A stretch of 64,000 nt of DNA from Lepidodermella squamata (Eukaryota; Animalia; Gastrotricha). The DNA lies in assembly GCA_047495785.1 (NCBI GenBank), contig JBLDXI010000013.1, positions 2,790,001 to 2,854,000 of the forward strand, written 5' to 3'. This document shows, in pieces, positions 51,432 to 63,241 of this stretch. Under the pieces are notes generated by a model that saw only the letters and a list, made by a program, of their open reading frames with translations, was not told where the DNA came from and searched no databases. A program made the position numbers and the translations under genes. Numbering within the stretch: the first letter of the stretch is position 1; each line of letters opens with the position of its first letter.

Positions 51432-53545
51432 TCACAATTTATTTCTACAATAACAAAACGCTCGCAGATGCGGAAAGCTATCAGCAATGCAATCAGGCGC
51501 CGAGCCATATTTGTTAGTCCTGCTTATCTGCTTAAGATTCAGCGAAATTTCACCCGTGCCAGGTTTGTGGCTGAAAGTCACCTCCCACGTCGAGTTACCA
51601 GGCTGGCTCGAGAAAGATAGCTGAACGTACTCAATGTCCGCCATCGCCGCATCGTCGTTGCCAAAGCTGGGCTCCCGACCATGACCTCCAACAGTTTGCA
51701 CGAATTTTCTAACAGCAGCCTTCAGACCGAAACGAACAGCTAAAGAAGCATTTTCCGCTTTGATCGGAACGCATTGGTTGGAATCGACAAATTCACCCAG
51801 CAAATCTTTGTTAACAAAATTTTCAAACGCTTCCAGGCACTTTTGAACTAGAGAATCGTTCAATGAGAGCGAATTATCGCCAGTTGAAGATTTTTCGAGA
51901 CAAGTGCACCAATGCGGTGAAATTCCGGCATCTTCGCAAGTTCGACCTTGAGGATGGGGTTCGAAAAAGCTGATCGATCGATTAACAGGGTAACCAGGTA
52001 GCGGCTCGAGACCAGCCACGTCTAATAAGGTCGCATGAAGGTCAAATGGAGTAGTCAATGTTCGAGATGCAGCCACCAAATTCTCCATCTCAATGTCGTA
52101 TTTTTTCCGAAACCAGGGTGGAAAGGTCAGGCTTAGGAATGGCAGTCTTTCCGAAATTTTCCCTCGATGTGTCCCTCTCGATCCGCTAAAACGCGAACCG
52201 TGATCGGAGAAAACAATTAGGAGTGAGTTATTCAGGAACCCCTTCGTTTGCCAAGATTCAATTTTGTCTCGAATCACGTCGTCATAAGTTGATATATGGC
52301 TCGTGCTTTCAACATCCGAAGTATGAGTGTAGTAGCTGGAAAATGCGAAAATGAACTTTCGAATCGGGTCCGGGTAGGCGAAAAACATCTGTTCGTATAG
52401 GCTGAGTTGCTCATCGAAATGATTTAGCGATCCAAAGCAGTTCGTATCAATCTTATAGCCAGGAATCGCATCTTGGTCAGGAGCGATTTCTGCGATTCGA
52501 CGAAAAATTCTGCCATGGTAATCAACAGGTGGTTTTTTGAAACCTAACAATCTGAGATAAATTTGTAGAAAATTGATGCTGGGTGAGTGATTCCATACCT
52601 GTAGTGGAAAGTTCCGTATCTCACTGATTCCTCATCCCATAAAGTAACATATCCTGTTTCATTTAGCTGAAAGAAAAGCAAGGGGAAATCATCCAGTTCC
52701 CGAGCTCCAACGAAACCTCGCCTCGACTCGTGAAGCTCCTCCTCTTGAAAGCCACTCAATAAACCAAGAATTGCCGCCGTCGTGCCATCACCAACGATGT
52801 TATACCCGTCAAACACCACTGCTCCGAGTTTTTCGGTAAGAAATTCCGAAGTTTTCGGAAGTTGCTCCAGAAAACTGACATGAGCCATGGAATCAAAGCC
52901 CAGCAGGATTAGATTGAGCTTCTCGTCGAAATAGCCGTCATCCTGTTTGCCATTCATGATTTTGTTTACCCGCCTCGCAACTTCCGGCTTACGATAGATG
53001 CATCGCATTGGCATTTTAAAGGTAACTTTACCACCGCTATCGTAGCATGTGGCCAAGAAATGTTCATGTCGGCAAGACATTGCTTCATTTTGGGAAAGCT
53101 GAATTCTTTTTTCTGGGACTAAAACAGACAAGAAATCGTTTTTCCATTCGATTGGAACGTAAGAGCAATTCGCCGAAGCCGTAATAACTCCATTGTTTAC
53201 AACAACGGGATTTTTCGGATATTTAGATGAGCATTTCGGGAATGGAGCTAATTTTGGCACAGATTCCGGTGTTAAAACAGGTACGATACAGCCATTCGAG
53301 CTATTTGATTTGACTGTTCTAATACGCGAACGAAGTCTTGCGCGGTGGCGGTGTCTATGTTCTTCATACAGGAATGATGCATTGGGACGAATTTAATCGC
53401 AGATTTTTGTTTTTTTACCTGATCCCAACGGCTTGTCGATTTGCTGGCGATTCGAAAATTGCCGATATGTTGATATAATCAGGAGAATCGCAGCGAAACT
53501 GATAAAAATCACTAATTTTTGACGACGCAGCGTGTTGAATATCAT
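51432..53545 (-). CDS. DUF229 family protein, copy 3
   Basis: Exons 53545-53419, 53361-52599, 52551-51432. N-terminus MIFNTLRRQKLVIFISF parallels copy 2 MLFYTLRRQKVIIFVSF. Confidence 0.9.
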
Positions 53546-53599
53546 CAGTGGTCAGTCCTGTACATATTTTGGCTATAGCCACAATAAATCATAATGCTG

Positions 53600-53684
53600 T
53601 TATCAATTATTATTATCAATTATCAATTAATTCTTATCACCCCTCAGGCACGCTATTAAATAAGCTTCCGTCTTATCCTTATCA
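53600..53684 (-). promoter_or_regulatory. Cluster of five TGATAA (GATA-factor) sites upstream of DUF229 copy 3
   Basis: TTATCA at 53600, 53613, 53620, 53634 and 53679 on the plus strand. Confidence 0.5.
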
Positions 53685-53851
53685 GTCTCACTCACAAGTC
53701 TCGCCCCCACTTATCGATTAAGGCAATTCAAGGGGACATTGCAGCCACATTCTTTACTCTGAAGATGGCAAAACATGAAACTGGAGTAATGCATTATTTA
53801 TTTCTCATAATTGCCAAAAAATATTGGAAAGTAATCAGTGTATTCCCAAGC

Positions 53852-55917
53852 CTATTCTTTACAGTAGCAAAACGCCCGCAAATGGGGATAGCTGTCCGCA
53901 ATACAAATCGGAGCCGTACCATACTTATTCGTCCGGCTTATCTGCTTAAGATTGAGCGAAACGTCGCCCGATGCCACATTGTGGCTGAACGTTGCTTCCC
54001 AAGTCGCATTGCCAGGTTGAGTCATGAAAGACAATTGAACGTACTCCTCCGCGCCCTGGCTATCGTCCCTGCCAAATGAAGCCTTCCGTCCATGGCCATC
54101 GATAGTTTTCACGAAGGTTTTGACTTCTTTCTTCAGGCCAAATCTCGCGGCGGAATAAACCTGGGTAACACTGATCTTCTCACACTTTTCGGCGACAATC
54201 TGCGAATTACTGAGCAATTCGCGGTTAACGAAATTATCGAAGGCTATCGAACATTTTTGCACCAACGGATCTTTGAGTGGAATGTTTTTATCTCGACCAG
54301 AAGAATCTAGACAAGTACACCAATGAGGTTGGATGCCAGTATTCTCGCAGTTTCTATCCCCGGGTCGAGGTTTGAAGAAGCTAATCGAGCGTTTCGGCAG
54401 GCCTGAAACAGGTTCAAGCCCTGTGATATCTAGCAAAGTTGCGTGAAGATCGAACGGCGTAGTCAATTCTCGAGCTGCTCTAGCCAAGTTTTCCATTTCA
54501 TTAGAATACTTCTTGCGGAACCATTCCGGAAATGCAATGCTAAGATAAGGCAATCGTTCGCTCAATTTCCCGCGATGAGTTGCCCTAGTCGAGCTATAAC
54601 GAGGCCCGTGATCGCCAAAAACAATCAATACAGAGTTGTTAAGATAGCCTTTCTCTTGCCAAGATTTGATCTTTGTTAGGATTCTGTCGTCAAATTGAGC
54701 AATCATCGGAGCTGCGCCGCCTGCGCTGCTATGGGTGTAGATGCTCGAAAAAATCATGCCGAATTTAGGGACTTCGCGGGGGTAGCTGTCGAATAGCTTA
54801 TCAATCAGGTTCATTTGCTCGTCAATATGCGGCAAGGAGCCGAAGCAGTTCCAGTCATAGGTGTAACCAGGCGAATTATACTCTGATGCTAGTCGGAAAA
54901 TGCGGCCATAGTGATCTACCGGAGGTTTTTTAAATCCGAGTAGCCTGAAAGCGAGAAAAAGCCTCATTCACAGACTTTTCCTAATAGTTATGCAAACCTG
55001 TAATGGAATGTCCCAAAAGAAACTTGCTCCTCATCCCACAGCGTAACATAGCCATTTTCTTTGAGCTGATAGAAAATTAACGGGAAGTCGTCGATTTGTT
55101 TGGCGCCTCTGAAGCCTCGTCGAGATTCATGCAGCTCTTCCTCCAAGTATCTAATAGTGAATCGTTAATCTCATTGATTTATTTAATCTTTATTTTCAAC
55201 TCACCCGCTTAAAATACCTAGAATAGCCGCCGTCGTTCCGTCCCCGACAATGTTGTAGCCATCAAAAGTGACACTATCCATTTTGTCTGATAGATAACTC
55301 GTCAAGTTGGGTAGATTTTCGATTAGTCCGACATGAGCCATGCTGTCGTAGCCGACCATAATAATGTTCAAATTCTCGTCAAAAATTCGACCACGCTTTG
55401 ACGGTTTAACCGATTTCGGCAGAACGCACCGCATTGGCATTTTGAAAACCTCGACAGGCTTGCCGTTAGATTGATTCTTCTCGCATTTCACCATCATAAA
55501 CTCATCAGAACAATTCGATATGGTTGGCAGTGGTTTGTAATTCGAATTGATTTTCGAATTGAAATCGGTCTCGAATTCGATAACGGCGTAGCTGCATTTA
55601 ACAGGCGGTTTGTTTTCCGACACAATAATAGATCCGTTCGACAATATTTGAACAGGATTTGCCGGGTATTTCGATTGGCAAGACGGTAAATAATCGGATG
55701 GTTTCAAGGGAGGCGTTTTTTCAGGGCGAAGAACTGGTATTATGCATGCGACTTTTCTAGCTGTGCTAGTTTCGTTGTCGAAAATTGAATAGTAACTGAA
55801 TTCACCGTCAGTCGCTGAGTAGAACTGGTTGTAAAATGCTATCGATAGCAGAAAACAGCTGACCACCATAAGACCGATCATCAACCGCGGTTTTCGCATC
55901 TTTCGTAAACTCAACAT
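53852..55917 (-). CDS. DUF229 family protein, copy 4
   Basis: Exons 55917-55205, 55150-54998, 54944-53852. Same motifs as the other copies. Confidence 0.9.
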
Positions 55918-56744
55918 TTTGCATAGAAAAGCGAGATGGCAGAATAATCATTCAATACTGTCGAGCAATTGATGATTTATTCGTTGATGATTGTCAATTA
56001 AAAAACTGTGCAGCCCTTAGATTGGCGGGTGTGGAATTATTGAGGCGCAATGTGGCCGATTTTATGATTAACCAAGTTATCAATGAGTACTGCCGTGAAA
56101 AACGGACAAATCTAGCGCAATGACTACTGTCCAGCCCATTCTTCTTATCTGTTTGTTATCGCTATGCTTTTAGCTCAGTACTATATACCCTCTTTCGCTA
56201 TCCGTAAATTTGGGCGTATATAGGTACGCCTATCTGCCGCTGTCGCAACTTTTATTATCGCTTTATCGTTCGTGTATAAGATTGGCGTACTTGTTCAAAA
56301 TCAGGAAACTTTACTGTGAAAAACATGTTCACGATAATAGTAACGCGCCTGCCTTCTGGCACACGTCCACGTGCTCAAATCACACAGCTGTAAGAGCTTT
56401 CTTTGCAACTTCACACGCCTTGTTTTTCAGAATTTTTTATACCCATATAAGTAACGGCTATCAATAATTATCAGGCGATCTAGACGTTATCATGTTCAAA
56501 GTGCGAATAGTCCTTTCAAAGAGAATCCGCGAATTATACCATTGAGGCTGCTTTTACGTTGTAATAAGACACTCTAAAGTATTACGTGTTATTTTTTCTT
56601 GTTATCCTTTCATCTTAAATCTTAGAACAGCTGTACACACTCTTGGTTTTTTTTAGTTTGTAGTAGCTCAAGTTAATCAATGCATGACTAGATTTTTCCA
56701 CGGCATTTTAATAGTGACCTATTTTATAAAGGATACTTATGATA

Positions 56745-57372
56745 ATGAAATTCCAATTCATGGAAAGCCATTCGTTCGAAACGCGTAAAATCGACGCGCA
56801 GAGAATTCGCCGAAAGTACCCGGACCGGTTGCCGGTAGTTGTCGAAAGAATTCCTGGCTCCGAGGTTCCTGACCTCGATCAAAGCAAATACCTCGTCCCT
56901 ATCGACATCACATTCGGCCAGTTCGTCAGCATTATTCGAAAGGTTAGTTGAGCCAAATTTTTTCGATAATTTTCTATTTTTTGTACAACGAAAGCCGGAA
57001 TTTTTGTAAACCGGACTGCTTTCAGCGGATCTTGTAGAGGTTTCTGCTTGTCCTGTGGTCGTTAACAACGGACACTCCAAACCGGATATTTTCGCCTCAG
57101 TCCAGTTAACAAATTTTTCACTGTATTTGCATTTCCGTGCCCTAATTTTGCCTCTTGCATCGACTTATTTATTGTACCTAATTTTATATTATGCTTTATC
57201 TATTTAGAGACTTGCGCTACCGGCTGATAAGTCTCTCTTCTGGTTCGTTGGCACCAACAACATGCCTCTCCTGTCGACAAACATGGGCGTCTTGCACCAG
57301 GAGTACGTCGATCTAGACGGCTACCTCTACCTGGCCTACAGCGGCGAAAACTCGTTCGGCTCACCGTCATAA
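56745..57372 (+). CDS. ATG8/GABARAP-family protein (GABARAPL2-like), canonical C-terminal Gly
   Basis: Exons 56745-56942 and 57208-57372. MKFQF...[12 protein letters not shown]...KYLVP...[18 protein letters not shown]. Confidence 0.9.
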
Positions 57373-57655
57373 TACAATATTTTCTGTAACGCTTTTCTTC
57401 AAAAATCGAACCTCAATCTCGGTGTTATTCAACTTTATTATGCCTTTCTCAACTTTGGGAACAAAAAATAACAATGATTCTGCCGATTTTTCGCAATAAA
57501 ACTGTTGCAAACGAGCACTACTAAATATTGGCCCTTGACCACGAGAGAACAATGTAACGCGATGAAAGCTCGTCTTCAGCATGAAAAAACATGACAGCAC
57601 AACGCAACTTGAATAAATTACTTTTTATGTCAAGAGACTAATTTACAACCAGACT

Positions 57656-59477
57656 CTAGTCTTCGCCGGGCACCGTCACCCTTTTAGGTCGATTAGCGGC
57701 ATTCGGAGTTATGTCGACCGCAGCGACTGTTAACGGCCAGGCGCCGACTACGGTTCCGGCTTGAACTGCGGCACCTGTTGCGACGGCTAGCTCTGGATCA
57801 ACGCCGACATGAGGCCACCGGCCGCCGAATAAATCAGCCACCATTTGCCGAACTTTCGGAATCCTGGTCGATCCGCCGACTAGCACCACGTCGTCGACGT
57901 CTTTCGGCTGCAGTTTTTGAGGGGCGGCTCCGTCTTCTTCTTCGTCACCGCCAGCTAGCATCCAAGAACCGGATGCTTGTTCAATGGCTGCGACGATAAT
58001 GCGCGGGATTCGGTAGAACAGGTCGAAATTGGCGGCGTCGAATTCTTCGCGGGTTACGTTGACGAGGTCGGAGCCAACTTTAAGCTGGATTGACTCGTGG
58101 GTTGTGAGCAAAATTTTGCCCTCTTCAGCGGCGGCTCGAAGCTGCTCGCGAGGATACGCAAAAGCTCGGCCCATCTCGCTAAGTTTATCGGCTATAAGCG
58201 CTTGAAGTCGGTTGGTGAAGTCCTGACGAAAAAAAATAAAAAAGCTTCAATTACAAAATTTAAATTTTGAAATTATTTGAAAAATCAGACGCACGCAAAA
58301 AGGGCATCGAAAATGTTTGCTTTTTTGAGAAAAAGGCTTTTATTATTGCAAAAACCTATTTATCGATTTTGAATATTCTTCGATACAAGAGCATCTAGGG
58401 TCTTTCAGCGGAACCAAAATTTCGAATAAATCCCAGAAATTCGAAAATATTCATTGTCACTAAGAGGATCCGACACTGTCGGGATATCGAATAATTACTG
58501 AAGAAGACATTTTTGCATAGTTTAAACTTGGTAGCAATTTTCGAGATCACAGGAAAAATTATCAAATTCGCAAAATAATTAGAAAAATAAATCATTTATC
58601 AAAACGTGATTTTGTTTACCTGTCCACCGAGTCGATTGCTTCCTGCTATGGCTAGGGTGCTAAAACTTGTCCCGCTCTTGTCATTTCGGCCAGTCCCGTG
58701 CCGAACAGCTAGTACGGCAACATCGGTGGTGCCACCGCCAACATCAAGAACAATAGCTAACGAAGTAACAACGTCGTGGCCGGTTTCACTCGATTTTTCC
58801 TTCTCTTTCTGCTCGTGAATTCCATAGGCAATTGCAGCTGAAGTTGGTTCATTTAACAACCGAAGAACCTTGACGCCTGTCATTTCAGCGGCAGCTTTCG
58901 TCGCCGCCCGTTGATCTTCATCGAATTCAGCCGGGACTGCTAAAACAACAGCATTTACTGGTCGATTCAGCTGAGAAGTAGCTGCTGAAACCAACCGCTT
59001 TATAATTGCAGCTGAAGCTTGTTCTGGGTAGATTGAAAGCTTAGTATCAGGTGAATCAACCGCCGAAACGTAGAAATAAGGCTTCCCGTCTTTGTCCAGC
59101 TTAATTTCGAAGGGGTAACGATTGTGAAACGCTAAATCTTCCAGCTTTTCGACTTTTTTGCCAATAAATCGTTTTGCATCGTAGATTACAGATTCGGCGT
59201 TTGTCAGCCGATATGGTTCAACTTCTGGTCCTACTAAAGCATCGCCGTTTTTCTTGAACGCAACAATAGATGGAATGCACGTTTTGTTAGACAGCGGATC
59301 GGTAAAAACTAGAATTTCGCCGGTTCCTGATTGAAAAGCAGTTCCGCACGAGAAAGTCGTACCAAGATCGATACCAATCGCTGTTGGTTTAGGCGGTGGA
59401 AGGAATTTCTGGCCTAAATAGCCAGCCAGCAATAACGCAAGAACAGAACAACCGACTATTGTGACTCCCGCTGACAT
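57656..59477 (-). CDS. HSPA13: Heat shock 70 kDa protein 13 (STCH): ATPase-only HSP70 with N-terminal hydrophobic leader
   Basis: Exons 59477-58620 and 58222-57656. LLLAGYLGQKFLPPPKP..IGIDLGTT, LGGQ|DFTNRL, VLVGGSTRIP, WPLTVAAVD. No substrate-binding domain. Confidence 0.92.
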
Positions 59478-59554
59478 TTTTCTAAGTAATTACCTATTAA
59501 TTTTAATAGAAAAGTTAAACCTTGAATAAATTAGTTATAACAAATGGGTTTTAG

Positions 59555-60546
59555 TTATTCGATGCCAAGAGCCTTGGGTAACGTTTCGCTTGACGGGCCT
59601 TGGAAGTAGAAATTTGAGTGATGGGTATTTGGAGTTGGTTCAATGTTAAATTCAGCAATTGGAACACCACGAGATTGAACAATGTGAGCGTAGCCAGCTG
59701 CAGGCCATACAACCGCTGAGGTTCCAACAACCAGGAACAAATCACACTTTTCGAGTATTTCGTCGATTTTACTCAAGACATCCTGCTCTAGAACTTCTCC
59801 AAACCAAACAATGTGCGGACGGAGCAGCTTTTTGCAACCGTCCTTCTGGCACCGGGGTAGCTGCGAAACCGGGATTCGATCAGCTTGAATGTTTGGCTCA
59901 GGAGCACCACGGCCCGCTAGGGCAGGGCAAATTGGGCTATCGTAATTTTTACGAATGTCTCGACAGCCAGTGCATCGGGTTGTGTACAAATTTCCATGCA
60001 TTTCGATCAAATCAGCAGTACCGGCTCTTTTATGCAGCTCGTCGACATTCTGCGTCACTACAGTTAATTCCCTCCCATTCTCGGCCAACCGCTTTTGCGT
60101 TTCGGCAATCGCATAATGGCCCTGTTATTACACGCGCCTTTAGATTCATTTGTAAATAATCCAATAGCATTACTTTGTTGGGACTTTTCTGCAAGACCAA
60201 CTCTCGTCTGTAGTGATAGAATTCCCAAACTAAAGACGGATCAGAGTCGAATGCTTCCGGGGTAGCCAAGTCCTGTAATATTTCAAATCTTAATCATAAA
60301 TTTGACGACCGTCGAATGATTTACTGTAGCTCGGTATGTTCTCCAAAGCCCTCCAGACCCCCGAAAGGTTGGTACACCAGATTCAGCACTGATACCCGCT
60401 CCAGTTAACACAACGACATTTTTGCTCTTGGAGAAAATGGATTGAAACGCCTTATAATCAGAAGATTGGCGAAAAACATTTTTCGATAAGGCCATGGCAT
60501 TAGACAACAATCTCGAATTAAAGGTTCTACTTATCAAAAGATGCAT
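59555..60546 (-). CDS. SIRT5: NAD-dependent protein deacylase sirtuin-5
   Basis: Exons 60546-60325, 60272-60174, 60121-59555. [23 protein letters not shown] (class III YxxR), [17 protein letters not shown]. Confidence 0.95.
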
Positions 60547-60845
60547 GTCCTAAAAACAATGTTGAAAGATGTTACGTTATTAAGGTTAGTTTAATCTCAA
60601 ATTAAATTTATAAATATTGCAACATCGCAAAATAATTAGATTTCATCACCAACAAAATATTGCAGGATTGGAGTGTCGCAAAGACAGCTTGAAAACGATT
60701 GCCAAAAAAGGATTAACGAGTTAATTGGAAGCAAAATCTGCAACGAAATACTCAGCATGATAGTAATATCAGCAAGATGAAGTTAGATTGCACAGGTAGT
60801 TAGTTTTTTAATTAGCACGTTAATATGCAATTTGGAATGCATTGT

Positions 60846-61880
60846 TTAGAAACCTCCGAATTTCCAAACAGTGTGATGAGAATAAATCTCACCAGGGCGC
60901 AGAACGCTTGAAGGGAAGTGAGGAATGTTTGGCGAGTCTGGCGGACCTTGTGTTTCAATACAAAATGCAGATTGCTTTTTGTGAACTGCTCCCTGTTTGC
61001 CATGAACTCCATCCAAGTAATTTCCGGTGTAAACATGGCAAATCGAATCATTAGTAGATACCAGCAGCCAACGCCCAGATACTGGGTCAACGATGCGCGC
61101 CGCGGGGTGTAGCGGGCGGCATTCGTTACAGCCTGGCTTTTTCTCAAACCCACGGACTAAAAACGAATGATCAATCCCAAGGTCGGGAGCGAATTTGTCG
61201 ATGCGGTCACCAATACGGGTCGGCTTGTTAAAATCAAACTGGGTCCCAGCAACATCTAAAATATCACCTGAGGGACAGTTATTTCCTCCTTTCGGCAGAT
61301 ACTTATCAGCAAAAACCTCCAAGTGGTGATCAAGAATAGTTTCAGCATCGTGACCAGCCAAGTTGAAATAGGAATGATTTGTCAGGTTTACAACAGTAGG
61401 CTTGGAAGTAGTGGCAGTGTACTTCAGATGCAACTCATTATCGTCATTCAACGAATAAGTAACGCGAACGGTCAGTTCGCCGGGGAATCCTTCATCGCCA
61501 TCAGGGCTAGTTAATTCAAGGGTAACTGAGTTCTCAGAGGTATCTGAGGGCACAGTATGCCAAACATGCTTGTTGAAACCCTTGATGCCCCCATGCAAGC
61601 ATACTCCGGGACGATTAATGGGCAACGAGAACTCCTTACCATCAATGGTAAACTTCCCGTTCGAAATGCGATTTGCAAAACGGCCAACCAACGCGCCGTA
61701 ATAAACCTTATCATCTTCGTATCCTGGGACTGCATCGTAACCTTGTACCAAGTCAGTTTTCGAACCGTCTTTGTTGGGTACTAGTATACGCTGGATGGAT
61801 GCGCCAAATGGCAATATGCCCACCTCAACACCATTCTTGTTCACTAAGTCGTAACTAAACAAAGCGATACCCATAGACAT
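60846..61880 (-). CDS. GALM: Aldose 1-epimerase / galactose mutarotase (intronless CDS)
   Basis: 344-aa ORF with GRFANRI, LHGG, GFPG, NLTNHSYFNL and FCIETQ. Confidence 0.95.
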   Translation of the reverse strand: MSMGIALFSYDLVNKNGVEVGILPFGASIQRILVPNKDGSKTDLVQGYDAVPGYEDDKVYYGALVGRFANRISNGKFTIDGKEFSLPINRPGVCLHGGIKGFNKHVWHTVPSDTSENSVTLELTSPDGDEGFPGELTVRVTYSLNDDNELHLKYTATTSKPTVVNLTNHSYFNLAGHDAETILDHHLEVFADKYLPKGGNNCPSGDILDVAGTQFDFNKPTRIGDRIDKFAPDLGIDHSFLVRGFEKKPGCNECRPLHPAARIVDPVSGRWLLVSTNDSICHVYTGNYLDGVHGKQGAVHKKQSAFCIETQGPPDSPNIPHFPSSVLRPGEIYSHHTVWKFGGF

Positions 61881-62065
61881 CCTGGAGCAATGAGTGTTTC
61901 TCTATTCTCTAAACATAAATCTCGATCAGTTAGTTATATTAACAAAAAAAGAATGCTGAAAATTTTCAATTCCCAATTCAACATTCAACTAATGATCATT
62001 CAAAATCGAACCAGTGAGTCGACCAATTCTGCATAAGTATAGCCAAGAGAGTAGAGATCCCGGGT

Positions 62066-62135
62066 AAGTTGGTAATGGCAACTACAGGAGTAAAGTTAGT
62101 AATGGCAACTACGGAATAAAGCTAGTAAATGCTAC
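62066..62135. repeat. About 27-bp tandem repeat, 2.6 copies
   Basis: AAGTTGGTAATGGCAACTACAGGAGTA / AAGTTAGTAATGGCAACTACGGAATA / AAGCTAGTAAATGCTAC. Confidence 0.75.
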
Positions 62136-63241
62136 ATGCCACGACAAATACGGGGTAAGAATAAGAAAAAGATTCTTCAATGGTACAGTGGAACTTTCAG
62201 CTACAAGCCCCAACATGTTCTCATTTTGCCTTTAGCCTTAAATCGACAGTCGGGGCGCCGAACTTCACGCTTCAACGCAGACTTCCGGCTTTAACGCTAA
62301 AATCCATCGCATAATCAGCGGGAGTTTTCGCGCGTCATCATGCAGGTCAAGGCCATTAATATAAAAATTATATGCTAAATTGTATAACAAATTTGATTTG
62401 AATGACTTTTTATCTCATCAAATGCAAATACAGTTAAACTTTTGATCGCATCGCATTTTAAGTTTTCGAAAAAGCTGATTTTCTTATCGGTTTTTTTCTT
62501 CAAAGAAATCAAACAAACCAGTATACAGGGACACTTATAAGAGCAGTGAGATCAGGGTATTGCAATGGGACGTGAGATCTTATCAAATGTATGCGCCATG
62601 CAATTCGCCATTTTGCGTCGAAACCCGGAATGAGGCTTCGCCTTAGGCCTGAGCTTGTCAATTGTCAACCGGCAATTTATGGTTTATGGTTCATGGCCAT
62701 GCATGGTGTAAATTTCAGTGAGACCGCTTCAACGCCGGCAATGCAATCGGCATAAACGAATAAGTGGCTGGCTGTCATTTTGCTTCTTGAGGACCCACGC
62801 CGTAATCTAGAACCCTTGACATTCACAAGAGGTCCGTTGTCCGTTGCTTGACAACTGCAACGCTAGAACCCTCAAGAAAGCTGGTTATGAGGCGCGTATG
62901 ACACTTGGAGGATCATTTTAGATTGGATCAATAATCTGATACAAATCGAATTCTAATTTCATAATAATTCAACTAACATTAACTAGCCGTAGGATTTGAT
63001 GGTAAAGCGATATCGTAATTATGACTTATTATTATGGAAAACTTGCGAATGTTTGAATTCAAACGTTAGGGCGTTCGAAGAAACCACTGGCGTTTCAAAA
63101 GTCATAACATTAACTACCTATCTTTTATTATCAATTATTAAGAATCACTCATCGCAAAATATTCATTTCACAAATAAACGGCATCACTCAATGGAATCGT
63201 ATTGGAATCGAAATGTCAACTGCAGTTTCTGAGTCGGGCCA

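Noticed and set aside
60846-61880. Bacterial horizontal transfer of intronless GALM (and near-intronless MMUT)
   Set aside because: Both are normal animal genes, and neighbouring housekeeping genes are also intron-poor. A phylogeny would be needed and nothing in the sequence demands HGT.
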